64,000 nt of DNA from Thermodesulfobacteriota bacterium (GTDB taxonomy: Bacteria > Desulfobacterota > GWC2-55-46). The position numbers and the translations under genes are program-made. The stretch covers positions 1,634,819 through 1,698,818 of the forward strand of contig CP129479.1 in the NCBI GenBank assembly GCA_030583865.1, written 5' to 3'. Each line of letters starts with the position of its first letter. Position 1 is the stretch's first letter. The notes under the pieces were generated by a model. That model did not search any database. It was not told the origin of the DNA and saw nothing but the letters and a program-made list of their open reading frames with translations. Of the stretch, positions 27,712 to 37,244 are shown in pieces.

Positions 27712-28431
27712 TTACATCAGCTGCAGGTCCGGGCTGTGCACCATGATGTCGACCCTCCTGTTTTTCGTCCTGCCGGAGGGCGTGTCGTTCGTGTCTATGG
27801 GCCTGTACTCGCCGAAGCCTATGGCGGATAGCTTCCTCGGGTCGTGGCTGTGGTTGTCGATGAAATACTTGAGTATCCTTATGGACCGGGCGCTGGAGAG
27901 GTCCCAGTTTGAAGGGAATCGCTCGGTGGATATTGGTATGTTGTCGGTATGCCCCTCTATCCTCACGCTGTTGGGCATGTCGACGAGCGCCCTGGCGACC
28001 TCGTCGATTACGGGAAGGCCCTCGTCCAGCAGCTTGTCGCTCCCCGGCTCGAAGAGCATCCCCTCGGAAATCCTGATGGTCACCTTCTGCTCCTCGAATA
28101 TGAGCGTGAGCTTCTGGTTCTCCTGAAGCTCACGGAGGGCGGCCTGGATCTTCTCGTAGTTGTTGGTGTGCATGTCCTTGAACTCGTCCCTGACCTGGGC
28201 GCGCTGCTCCCTTACGAACTTCGGGCCCTCCTGCATGCGGGTCGAGGTGAAAAGCGTCGGGTTGAAGGCTATGGCAAGCGACTCGCTCATTATACGGAAC
28301 TTGCCCTCGTTTACCGAGGAGATGGCGTACATGCTCGTAAAGAACGCGAAGAGGAGCGTTATGAAGTCCGCGTAGGATACGAGCCAGCGCTCGTGGTTCT
28401 CGTGCTCCTCGTGTTTTTTCTTCCTGGCCAT
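27712..28431 (-). CDS. motB: Flagellar stator protein MotB (OmpA-like C-terminus)
   Basis: HERWLVSYADFITLLFAFF plug/TM region and C-terminal NRRVDI peptidoglycan-binding motif. Confidence 0.93.
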   Translation of the reverse strand: MARKKKHEEHENHERWLVSYADFITLLFAFFTSMYAISSVNEGKFRIMSESLAIAFNPTLFTSTRMQEGPKFVREQRAQVRDEFKDMHTNNYEKIQAALRELQENQKLTLIFEEQKVTIRISEGMLFEPGSDKLLDEGLPVIDEVARALVDMPNSVRIEGHTDNIPISTERFPSNWDLSSARSIRILKYFIDNHSHDPRKLSAIGFGEYRPIDTNDTPSGRTKNRRVDIMVHSPDLQLM

Positions 28432-28449
28432 ACTGTCTATTTCCTCTGG

Positions 28450-29205
28450 CTATTTCCTCTGGGACTCCCTCAGGAAGCCGACGAGCTTCTCCTCGACCCT
28501 CCTCGGGTTTTCGCCCTCTGAAAGGGATATGAGCCCCTCCACCGCCATCTCCTGCATTATCACCTGCTCGCGTATCTTCATCTTTATCTTTCCGGCCATA
28601 GGCAGGTAGACGAGGTTGGCGGAGGCGACGCCGTATACCGTGGCGACGAACGCGACCGCTATTCCAGCGCCGAGCTTCGAGGGGTCAGAGAGGTTCTCCA
28701 TTACGTGGATGAGCCCGAGGACCGCGCCTATGATGCCTATGGTCGGGGCGTAGCCGCCCGCCGACTCGTACACCTTGGCTGACGTGAGGTTGTATTCCTC
28801 GGTATGCGCTATGTCTATCTCCAGTATCTCGCGGGTGAGCTTGGGCTCGGCCCCGTCCACCACGAGCTGCAGGCCCTTCCGGAGGAACGGGTCCTGTACC
28901 CTCTTGATGCTCGACTCGAGCGCAAGGAGGCCGTCCTTCCTGGCGGTGGCCGAAAGCTCGGCTATGAGCTTTATGACCGTGTAAGGGTCGCTCGTCTTCT
29001 GGAAAAGCGCGAGCTTCGCGTTCTTGAGCGCCAGGACGAATACGTTAAGCGGGTAATTGACGAGGACCGCGCCGAGGGTCCCGCCGAATACGATGACTGC
29101 CGCAGCCACCTGGGCAATGGACCCGAGGTGCCCGCCTTCGAGCACCATGCCGCCGAGAACGGCCCCGAAGCCGAGTACGAGCCCGAGTATAGTCAATATA
29201 TCCAT
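28450..29205 (-). CDS. motA: Flagellar stator protein MotA
   Basis: 251 aa, 4 TM. MDILTILGLVLGFGAVLGG.., YAPTIGIIGAVLGLI, ATVYGVASANLVYLPMAGK. Confidence 0.93.
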   Translation of the reverse strand: MDILTILGLVLGFGAVLGGMVLEGGHLGSIAQVAAAVIVFGGTLGAVLVNYPLNVFVLALKNAKLALFQKTSDPYTVIKLIAELSATARKDGLLALESSIKRVQDPFLRKGLQLVVDGAEPKLTREILEIDIAHTEEYNLTSAKVYESAGGYAPTIGIIGAVLGLIHVMENLSDPSKLGAGIAVAFVATVYGVASANLVYLPMAGKIKMKIREQVIMQEMAVEGLISLSEGENPRRVEEKLVGFLRESQRK

Positions 29206-29221
29206 TAAGCCGGTACTCCCG

Positions 29222-30274
29222 TCATATCATATTTATTATTTCTGCAGCTATGAGCTCGATCGGAACGACCTTGTCGGCCAGCCCGGCCTCTATGACCGAC
29301 TTCGGCATCCCGTAGACTGTGCAGGTGTGCTCGTCCTGGGCTATGGTCTTTCCGCCCTTCTCCTTTATGAGCCGCATGCCCTCCCTGCCGTCGCTCCCCA
29401 TCCCGGTAAGGATCACGCCGAGCGACCTGCCGGGATAGCTCTCGGCAACGGAAGACATGGATATGTCGATTGAGGGCCTGTACATGGCGTCCCTGGGCTC
29501 GTTGTCGACCTGGAAGAAGAACTCCGTAAGCCCCTTCCTCCTGACCCGCGTCTGAAGGCCGCCTGGAGATACGAACACCTTGCCGAAGCCGACGCTCTCG
29601 CCGTTTTCGGCCTCCTTGACCGGGAGCTTGCAGACCTCGTTCATCCTCTCGGCGAACGCGCCCGTGAACATCCTCGGCATGTGGACCGAGACGAGTATGC
29701 TCGTATCGAGGCCTGCCGGCAGGTTCGCAAGGACGGCCTGGACGGCCCTCGGCCCGCCCGTGGACGCGCCTATTGAAACGAAGGCGACCTTGAGGCTCGC
29801 AAGCCCTCTTTTTACCGCCGGGACCGGGGGCGGCGGGCCGGGTTTCGCGGCCCTGAGCGAGGCGAAATGGTGCTTTTTCCTCGCTATCGCCTTGACCTTT
29901 GTTATGAGCTCGTCCTGTATCTTCATGAGGTCCAGGGCGGAGGTGACGAGGTTTTTGGAGATATAGTCCGCGGCGCCCTTGTCCATCGCCTCGAAGGTCG
30001 CCTTGGCCCCTTCCTTGGTAATCGAGCTCACCATCAGTATGGGGACTGGCATCCTTTCCATGAGCGCCTCTGTCGCCTCGAGGCCGTTCATCTTCGGCAT
30101 CTCGACGTCCATGGTGATAACGTCGGGCTTGAGCTCAAGCGCCATCGAGACGCCCTCGGCCCCGTCCCGCGCGGTCCCGGCGACCTCGATCCCGGGGTCG
30201 GTCTCCAGCATCTGCTTCAAGACGCGCCTCATGAAGGCCGAATCGTCGACTACGAGCACCCTTATCTTGGACAT
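29222..30274 (-). CDS. cheB: Chemotaxis response regulator protein-glutamate methylesterase CheB
   Basis: REC domain (VLVVDDSAFMR..DVEMPKMNG) plus the methylesterase motifs GASTGGPRA and GMGSDG. Confidence 0.95.
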   Translation of the reverse strand: MSKIRVLVVDDSAFMRRVLKQMLETDPGIEVAGTARDGAEGVSMALELKPDVITMDVEMPKMNGLEATEALMERMPVPILMVSSITKEGAKATFEAMDKGAADYISKNLVTSALDLMKIQDELITKVKAIARKKHHFASLRAAKPGPPPPVPAVKRGLASLKVAFVSIGASTGGPRAVQAVLANLPAGLDTSILVSVHMPRMFTGAFAERMNEVCKLPVKEAENGESVGFGKVFVSPGGLQTRVRRKGLTEFFFQVDNEPRDAMYRPSIDISMSSVAESYPGRSLGVILTGMGSDGREGMRLIKEKGGKTIAQDEHTCTVYGMPKSVIEAGLADKVVPIELIAAEIINMI

Positions 30275-30283
30275 TTCACTCCC

Positions 30284-32016
30284 TCAATGGACATAGGCGC
30301 CCTTGGCTGACGTCAGGAGTCCCGCCATGTCGAGTATCAATATTACGTTGCCGTCGCCCGTGATGCATGCCCCGGCGACACCTTCCGTGCCCTTAAGGTA
30401 CTCGCTCATGGACTTCATGACTATCTCTTCCTGGCCGTGGAGCCTGTCTACCAGGACCCCGAAGGACTTCTCGCCTATGCCTATGACAACGATATATTTC
30501 CATTCGGACTTAGACGGAGAGTCCTTGCCGGAGACGAGGGCGCCGAGCCTCACGACCGGGACGACCCTGTCCCTTATGTTTATGGCCTCCCTGCCCTCAA
30601 TCGTCTTTATCTCGTCCGCGGTCACCCGGATGTTCTCTATTACGTTCGAAAGCGGTATGGCGTAGACCTCTCCTCCGGCCTCGACCGTAAGCGCCTGTAT
30701 TATCGCGAGCGTCAGGGGGAGCCTGAACACTATCCTCGTCCCCTTGCCGATTTCCGAATCTATGGATATGGTGCCGTTTATGCGCGATATGTTCGTCTTT
30801 ACCACGTCCATGCCCACGCCGCGCCCGGAGATGCTGCTCACCTCTTTTGCGGTAGAGAAGCCCGGAAGGAAGATCAGTCCCAGCGCGTCGCGCTCGGAGA
30901 GCCTCTCGGCCTCGTCCTCGCTTATTCGGAGAGCCTCTCGGCCTCGTCCTCGCTTATGATGCCCTTCTCGACAGCCGACCTTTTTACCGCCTCGGGGTCT
31001 ATGCCCTTGCCGTCGTCCGAAACCGAGACGATTATGTTCCTCCCCTCCTGGTAGGCAGAAAGGGCGATCGTGCCGGATTGCGGCTTGCCCTTTGCGGCCC
31101 GCTCTTCCGGGAGCTCCATCCCGTGGTCCACGGCGTTCCTTATGAGGTGGACGAGGGGGTCGCCTATCTCTTCGATTACGGTCTTGTCCATCTCGGTCTC
31201 CTCGCCGCTCAGGACAAGCTCCACCTGTTTTCCCGTCTGCCTCGCAAGGTCCCTCACCATCCTCGGGAACTTGTTGAAGACCTTGGCGATGGGCTGCATC
31301 CTTATCTTCATGACGCCGAGCTGGAGGTCGGAGGTCACGAGGTCCAGCTGTGCTATCGCCTCGCTCACCTGGGACTGCAACTCGCCGTCGATGCTGCTTT
31401 CGGACAGCCTCGTCCCGAGCCTCATGAGCCTGTTCCTCGAAAGCACCAGCTCGCCGGCGAGGTTAAGGACGGTATCCAGCCTGTCTATGTCGACCCTTAT
31501 GGCGTGGTCCTTGGCCGATGCTGCGGCGCCCTGGGCCTCGTCGGGCCGCTGCTGTTTCTGCTCCTCGTCCGCCGCGGACTTCTCCGGAATGGTGGGCGCG
31601 CCTGCGTCCTTCCCTGCCGCCTCGCCGTTCAGTATGCCTCCAAGCAGCGCAAGGACCCCGCTCGTGTCCTCTTTTCTCCCGTTCTTTTCGCGTATATTGG
31701 CGAGTATGACCCTGATCATGTCAACCGCGCGCAATATGGCGTCCATCACGGCAGGGGTCACGCTCATCTCGGATTTCCTGAGCTTGTTGAGCACGTCCTC
31801 GGTCACGTGAGTGACCTCGACCATCTGGTCGAAGCCAAGGAAACCTGCCGCGCCCTTGATGGTGTGAATGGACCTGAATATGTCGTTAAGGAGCGGCAGG
31901 TCCCCCGGCTTCTTCTCGAGCTCCACGAATTTCTGGTCGAGGGTCTCCAGCGATTCCGCGGATTCCGCGATGAAATCGTTTATAATGTCGTCCATCTCGT
32001 CCGTGGGGAATGACAC
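30284..32016 (-). pseudogene. cheA: Chemotaxis histidine kinase CheA, frameshifted by a 32-bp tandem duplication
   Basis: Upstream ORF (30922-32016) carries Hpt (HTIKGAAGFLGF), dimerisation, N-box and G1 (DDGKGID), then stops. Downstream ORF (30284-30841, other frame) resumes at G2 (GRGVGMDVV) plus the CheW-like P5 domain. Removing one repeat copy gives one 566-codon ORF reading ..AERLSERDALGLIFLPGFSTAKEVSSISGRGVGMD... Confidence 0.85.
30894..30957. repeat. Perfect 2 x 32-bp tandem duplication inside cheA
   Basis: tcggagagcctctcggcctcgtcctcgcttat at 30894-30925 is repeated exactly at 30926-30957. The flanking bases differ. Confidence 0.95.
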
Positions 32017-32093
32017 GGCTCTTCCTCTCTCTTTAAGAATTCCGTCCAGGCCTTTTCAGGCGCGACAAAAGGCTGAACCGTCTAGATGCGGGG

Positions 32094-32675
32094 CTACGAG
32101 CCTATCTCCTTCAGGAGCCTGTCCACCATGTCCTGGCTCGCAGGCGCCTCCTTCGGCTTCCTGGGCTCGCTCGGCTTCGATGCCGCGCCGCCGTCCTCGA
32201 ACCCGAAGCTCATGGCCACCTCGACTATCTTCTGCTCGACGAACGAGAGCGATTTTATGACTTTCGCGAGCTTCTGGCCGGTCAGGTCCTGGAAGGACAT
32301 GAGGGCGAAGAGCTCGACCATCTCGCCCTTGCTCTTGGCGTTTATCATCTGGAGCTCGCTTATGAGCGACGCGCCCTTCCCGGGGTCGCTCCCCGGCGAA
32401 GCGGCCCACTCCGAGAGCGACTTGAGCGCCGTCCCCGCCTTGTCCTGCTCAGCCATGAGCCCCTCGACTATGTTCATTATCTTGTTTGCGGCGGTCTCGA
32501 GGTCCCCCGTGACCGACGAAAGCTGCGTCGACGCTTCCGGGAACTGCTCGGTTCCCATCTTGACGGTAGTCTCTATGGTGTCTATCCCCTGCCTTGTCTT
32601 GTCAATGAACTTTGCGAGGCCGGTAAGCTCCTCGCGTATCTTGCTCATCACGCCGCTCCATTCCCTCTGTGTCAT
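32094..32675 (-). CDS. cheZ: CheZ-type CheY-P phosphatase
   Basis: Contains the CheZ catalytic motif region LMSFQDLTGQKLAKVI. I prefer ATG 32675 (GGAGGG 5 nt upstream). The track start at 32693 is TTG. Confidence 0.75.
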   Translation of the reverse strand: MTQREWSGVMSKIREELTGLAKFIDKTRQGIDTIETTVKMGTEQFPEASTQLSSVTGDLETAANKIMNIVEGLMAEQDKAGTALKSLSEWAASPGSDPGKGASLISELQMINAKSKGEMVELFALMSFQDLTGQKLAKVIKSLSFVEQKIVEVAMSFGFEDGGAASKPSEPRKPKEAPASQDMVDRLLKEIGS

Positions 32676-32721
32676 CTTTTCCCTCCGTGGCAATTCGTTT
32701 ATGCGCCGACGCGGCGCCTTA

Positions 32722-33111
32722 TTACTGGTTTACCTTCTGCAGGATGAGGTCTATCCTCTCCTTGAGCGCCGCCGCGGTAAAAGGCTTCACTATGTAGTTG
32801 TTCACGCCGGCCTGCACCGCGCTCACGATGTTTTCCTTCGCCGCCTCCGCCGTCACCATCAGGACCGGGGTGTCCTTGAGGGCCCCGTCCGACCTTATCG
32901 CCTTCAAAAGTTCTATCCCTGGCATGTTCGGCATGTTCCAGTCGGTGACGACGAAGTCGAACTTCGACGCCCTGAGCTTCTCGAGCGCGGTAGTCCCGTC
33001 GTCGGCCTCCTCGACGTTGTTGTAGCCTATCTCCCGGAGGATGTTCTTTATTATCCTTCTCATCGTGGAGAAGTCGTCCACTACGAGTATCTTCATGTTC
33101 TGGTCCAGCAT
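32722..33111 (-). CDS. cheY: Chemotaxis response regulator CheY
   Basis: [53 protein letters not shown], the classical CheY. Confidence 0.95.
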   Translation of the reverse strand: MLDQNMKILVVDDFSTMRRIIKNILREIGYNNVEEADDGTTALEKLRASKFDFVVTDWNMPNMPGIELLKAIRSDGALKDTPVLMVTAEAAKENIVSAVQAGVNNYIVKPFTAAALKERIDLILQKVNQ

Positions 33112-33151
33112 CTGGCCCCCCTCCTCTTTATATATGGCGAATGGAATCAGT

Positions 33152-33514
33152 TCATATCAGTTTTTCGATCTCGTAAAGAAGCCTTTGCGGCGATATGGGT
33201 TTTGAGAGATAGGTCGTGACGCCCGCCTCCAGGCCCATCCGCCTGTCCGCCTCCCCGGCCTCGGTCGTTATCATTATTATCGGGATCTCCCTGTAGGCGT
33301 CCTGCCCGCGGAGGCTCTTGGAGAGCTCGTATCCGTCCATCTGCGGCATGTTGAGGTCGGTGACTATGAGGTCTATGGGGCTCGTGGCCATCAATTCCAG
33401 CGCCTCTATCCCGTTCGACGCGCTGATTATCTTGTACCCCTTCTCCTTGATGATGTAGGACAGGAGCTTCCTCGTCGTGTCGCAGTCGTCGACCACAAGA
33501 ATTTTCTTCTCCAT
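33152..33514 (-). CDS. Second single-domain CheY-like response regulator
   Basis: 120 aa with [22 protein letters not shown], and SKP. All phospho-acceptor pocket residues are present. Confidence 0.9.
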   Translation of the reverse strand: MEKKILVVDDCDTTRKLLSYIIKEKGYKIISASNGIEALELMATSPIDLIVTDLNMPQMDGYELSKSLRGQDAYREIPIIMITTEAGEADRRMGLEAGVTTYLSKPISPQRLLYEIEKLI

Positions 33515-33530
33515 GCTACGGCCCCTTGAA

Positions 33531-34385
33531 TCAGATTTTTTTATAGACTACCGAGCGCTCCACGCTCACCGGCCTGAAAAGCCTGGTTACGCTGTGGAGC
33601 GATTCCGAAAACCCCACCAGCAGGTACCCGCCTTTTTCCATGCTGTCGTAGAGATGACCTATCGCCTTTTTCTTGGACGCGTCGTCGAAGTATATGAGCA
33701 CGTTCCTGCAGAAGACTATGTCCATGCCGCGGACCATCCTCGTCTCGTTGGCGTCTACGAGGTTTATCTTCTTGTAGCGCACGAGCGAGCGGGCCTTGCT
33801 GCTTATGGTGTACGTTTCGCCGTTGCCGGTGAAGTATTTCCTTATATACTCCTCCGGCGTGTTCCGGAGGGAGTACTTGTCGTATACCCCGGCAGCTGCG
33901 GCCCTGAGGACGCCGTCGCTTATGTCGCTTCCGAGTATGTCGACGTTCCAGCCCCTCGCCGGCACCCCCTCCTCGTGGAGCATCATGGAGATGGTGAGCG
34001 GCTCCTCGCCCGTCGAGCACGCGGCGCTCCAGACCCTGATGCTCCTGTTGGAGGCCCTTGACTTCTCCTCGATCACCCTGGAAACCACTCCCTTCCTGAA
34101 AGCCTCCAGCTGGGGGCCGTCCCTGAAAAAGCTCGTCTCGTTCGTGACGACCGAATTGCAGAGGGCCTGGAGCTCGCGCTCCCTCTCCGCGTCGTAGGTG
34201 AGGAAGTAATAGTAGTCCTCGAAGGTCTTCAGGTCCTTCAGCTCAAGCCTCCTCGCGAGCCTCGTCTCCAGGAGATACTTCTTGTTCTCCGGGAAGAAGA
34301 TTCCCGACCGCTTGTAGACGATGTCCCGGAGTAGATAGAAGGTCTCGTCGGACAGCTTGGGCTTATTTATTCCCAGAGTCAGCAT
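33531..34385 (-). CDS. cheR: Chemotaxis protein methyltransferase CheR
   Basis: NETSFFRD, IRVWSAACSTGEEP, and VFCRNVLIYFD. Confidence 0.95.
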   Translation of the reverse strand: MLTLGINKPKLSDETFYLLRDIVYKRSGIFFPENKKYLLETRLARRLELKDLKTFEDYYYFLTYDAERERELQALCNSVVTNETSFFRDGPQLEAFRKGVVSRVIEEKSRASNRSIRVWSAACSTGEEPLTISMMLHEEGVPARGWNVDILGSDISDGVLRAAAAGVYDKYSLRNTPEEYIRKYFTGNGETYTISSKARSLVRYKKINLVDANETRMVRGMDIVFCRNVLIYFDDASKKKAIGHLYDSMEKGGYLLVGFSESLHSVTRLFRPVSVERSVVYKKI

Positions 34386-36304
34386 CTAAGAGTTTCTATG
34401 GCGCTCTCGACCGCCCCCCTGACGCTGGGGTCGGGATGGTTTACGAACTGCTCGAGCGCGCCTATGGCGCCGGTTGCGCCGAGCCTCTCGAGGGCCCTGG
34501 CCGCAGCGGCCTTCACGGGCGCCTCGTCCTTTATGAGCTTTTCTATTATGAGGCCCTCGATATCGTGCTCGCCCAGTTCCCCGAGAAGCAGCACCGAGTG
34601 GTACCTCACCCAGATGTTCCTGTCCTTTAGCGTCCTGAGCAGCGCGGCTTTGATCTTCTCGCCGCACCAGCCGTTGAGGCCTTTCAGGACAGACAGCTTC
34701 ACTTCGTCGCTGTCGTCCGCGAGCCCCTCTATGAGGGCGTCTATCGCGTACGGGAGCCCGAGCCTGGCCATGGACTTGTATGCGGCCTTCCTGACGCCGG
34801 GGCATTTGTCCCGGGCGGCGGCCTTGAGCGCGTCCAGGGCCTTGTCGTCGCCGATGAGCCCCAGGCCCCTTGCCCCCATCTCCCTCATCTGCTCGTTCGG
34901 GTCTTCGAGAAGCGACGTGAAGCCCTTCCTTGCCGAATCCGCGGGGATGAGCGCGAGGCTGTCCGTTATCTCCTCCATTACGTCCCTGTACGACTCTTTC
35001 CGCACCGCGTCGAAAAGCCTTGAGACGGCCGCCGGCCCGGCGAGCGAAGCGAGCGCCCTGGCCGCGATCTTCCGGGTATGCCCGTCCGGCCCCTCGAGGA
35101 AATCATAGAGCACCTCTATGGAGCTGGGCGAACCAATGGCTTCGAGTGCAGCGACCACTTCGCGGAGCTCGTTCTTCCCGACCTTGCTCACGAGTTCCTT
35201 CAGCGCAGGTACCGCGGCCACGGCCTTCATCTCGCCGAGCGCCTTGACCGTCAACTTGAGGCTTTTGCCTCCATTATGGACCTTCTCCTTCAGGGCCGGC
35301 AGGAACCTCCGGCCTGAAACGCTCACTATCGAGTCGACCAGCAGGGCTTCGGTCTCCTCGTCAATGTCGTTCTGGCCCTCTATGTAGCTGAATATGCAGT
35401 CCAGCGACTCGGGCAGCTTGAGGAGCGAAAGCCCCCTTATGGCCTTCAGCTGCCCGGCCCTGTCGGTCTCCTCGCTGAAATTCCTTGTCAGGAAGGCGAA
35501 GTAGGTCTTCCTGAACTCCGGGCCGGGCCTGAAGTCCGACCCTGCCGAGAAGACCTTTTCGAGGAGCTCGACTATCGCCCCGGTGCTGAAGTCCTTACCT
35601 TTCCGCACCATCGGCTCGAGCTTCTGGAGGACTGCGGACGCGTCAACGGCGGAAGCCATCTTCGCGACGGCGTCGATAGCCGCCTCCTTTATGAGCCCCG
35701 AGTCCGTCTCGGTCATCCTCATGAGCGGCTGAAGGGCCCGCCTGTCCTGCATGAGGCCGAGTCCCTCGATTGCGGAAAACTTGACCCATTCCTCGGGGTC
35801 CTCGAGCGCGTTAAGGAGCTCGGGGACCGACTCCTGGTCCCTGAGCTTTCCGAGGCAGACCGCAACCGAGGCCCTGACGTTCGGGTTTTCGTGCCTGATG
35901 AGCGGATAAAGGAGGCTCAGGAACCCGTCGTTCCTGGTATTTGAAATTATGTCGATGGCGAACTTGACAACGTCCTGGTCGCTGTCCTTAAGGAGGGTCG
36001 CGATCGCAGACGAGGCGTCCTGCCCCAGGAGCTCGAGTATCTCTATCCCGATGTTCCTTATGGCCGCGCTCGAATCTCTAAGGAGCGGCACCATTGCGTC
36101 GGCGACCTCCGGGCCCCCGATCGAGGACAGGGCATTAAGGGCAGCTTCCCTCACGCCCGGGTCGGCGTCCCTCAAAGCCTCCGTAAGGGCGGGCACGAAC
36201 TGGCAAAGCCTGCCCTCCTCGATCCTCTCGCAGGCGTCCCTTCTCAGGCAGGGGTCCTGGGAGGCGAGCATTTCCCTCAGGGAATCGATATCGACGTTTT
36301 CCAT
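34379..36304 (-). CDS. ~640-aa HEAT / PBS-lyase-like repeat protein, first gene of the che unit
   Basis: More than 15 reiterations of the (D/E)xxVRxxAaxALgxiG helical repeat. Overlaps the cheR start by 7 nt. I prefer ATG 36304 (AAGGGG SD). The track start is GTG 36310. Confidence 0.8.
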   Translation of the reverse strand: MENVDIDSLREMLASQDPCLRRDACERIEEGRLCQFVPALTEALRDADPGVREAALNALSSIGGPEVADAMVPLLRDSSAAIRNIGIEILELLGQDASSAIATLLKDSDQDVVKFAIDIISNTRNDGFLSLLYPLIRHENPNVRASVAVCLGKLRDQESVPELLNALEDPEEWVKFSAIEGLGLMQDRRALQPLMRMTETDSGLIKEAAIDAVAKMASAVDASAVLQKLEPMVRKGKDFSTGAIVELLEKVFSAGSDFRPGPEFRKTYFAFLTRNFSEETDRAGQLKAIRGLSLLKLPESLDCIFSYIEGQNDIDEETEALLVDSIVSVSGRRFLPALKEKVHNGGKSLKLTVKALGEMKAVAAVPALKELVSKVGKNELREVVAALEAIGSPSSIEVLYDFLEGPDGHTRKIAARALASLAGPAAVSRLFDAVRKESYRDVMEEITDSLALIPADSARKGFTSLLEDPNEQMREMGARGLGLIGDDKALDALKAAARDKCPGVRKAAYKSMARLGLPYAIDALIEGLADDSDEVKLSVLKGLNGWCGEKIKAALLRTLKDRNIWVRYHSVLLLGELGEHDIEGLIIEKLIKDEAPVKAAAARALERLGATGAIGALEQFVNHPDPSVRGAVESAIETLRC

Positions 36305-36319
36305 AACCACCCCTTCATG

Positions 36320-36349
36320 TTATCGGGTAAAAGGCAGTTTTCCTTTAAT
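36320..36349 (-). promoter_or_regulatory. sigma28-type promoter candidate upstream of the HEAT-che unit
   Basis: Minus strand reads TTAAAG-N15-CCCGATAA, the same spacing as the flgM promoter. Caveat: the -10 box ends only 16 nt before the ATG, which implies a very short leader. Confidence 0.4.
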
Positions 36350-36356
36350 TTATTCG

Positions 36357-36377
36357 AAAAAGGCCTGCTTCCGGCCT
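36357..36377 (-). terminator. Weak intrinsic terminator candidate after fliA
   Basis: Minus strand reads AGGCC-GGAAGCA-GGCCT followed by TTTTT. The stem is only 5 bp. Confidence 0.35.
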
Positions 36378-36504
36378 GATGCTTTTTCCATTCCCGGAAA
36401 GCCGGGAATAAAAAAGCGGAGCATATGCGTGAATATGTGAGCTTTTTTATTCGTCTACGCAGAGTCAGGGGAAAATAGCAATTATTCAGACGTGCCCGAG
36501 TGGA

Positions 36505-37227
36505 TTATAGGGTCCTCTTAAGCCTCCCCTTGAGCCTGTGCATGGTCTGGCTGTGGAGCTGGCAGACGCGGGACTCGGTTATGTCCAGGACCTTGCCGAT
36601 TTCCTTCAAGGTAAGCTCGTCGTAATAGTAGAGGGATATTATGAGCTTTTCCTTGTCCGGGAGCGTTTCCACGGCCTCGGCCACCTTCTTCTTTATCTGC
36701 TCGAGCTTGATGAGCTGCATGGGGTCGGTGCCGTCGGGGTCCTTTATGCATTCGAGTATGTTCATCCCCTCGTCATGGCTCATGCCGAGGTCCTCGAGGT
36801 TCAGGACGCTCACCGCGCTCACCTGGCTCAACATGCTGTTAAGCTCGTCGGTCGATATCTCCAGGAACCTGGCCACCTCCTCGGTCTCGGCGGGCCGCCC
36901 GGTCTTCCTCTCTATCTGGTCGTACGCCTTCTCGAGCTGGTTCGACTTGTCCCTCATGGACCTCGTCATCCAGTCCATGCTCCGCAGCTCGTCCATAATC
37001 GCGCCCCTTATCCTGATGGATGCGTAGGTATTGAACTGGACGCCCTTCGCGGAGTCGAACCTGTCGATGGACTCGAGGAGCCCGATGGTCCCGGCGCTTA
37101 TGAGGTCGTTCACGTCGATGTGCGGCGGTAGGTTCACCGCGACCTGGTAGGCTATTATCTTCACCAGGTGTATGTTCTCCTCAAGCAGCCTGTCTCTCTC
37201 AGTCTTCACGTTCTGCATTGTAGTCAT
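36505..37227 (-). CDS. fliA: Flagellar sigma factor FliA (sigma28)
   Basis: Regions 2-4 are recognisable (QFNTYASIRIRGAIMDELR; LSLYYYDELTLKEIGKVLDITESRVCQLH). ATG 37227 follows GAAGGGCAGG. The track extension to 37350 overlaps flhG. Confidence 0.92.
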   Translation of the reverse strand: MTTMQNVKTERDRLLEENIHLVKIIAYQVAVNLPPHIDVNDLISAGTIGLLESIDRFDSAKGVQFNTYASIRIRGAIMDELRSMDWMTRSMRDKSNQLEKAYDQIERKTGRPAETEEVARFLEISTDELNSMLSQVSAVSVLNLEDLGMSHDEGMNILECIKDPDGTDPMQLIKLEQIKKKVAEAVETLPDKEKLIISLYYYDELTLKEIGKVLDITESRVCQLHSQTMHRLKGRLKRTL

Positions 37228-37244
37228 ATGCCTGCCCTTCTTTT

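Noticed and set aside
30284-32016. Reading the two cheA ORFs as a naturally split two-gene CheA
   Set aside because: The break falls between the G1 and G2 boxes of one ATP-binding domain. It coincides exactly with a 32-bp perfect duplication, and removing one copy restores a single canonical frame.
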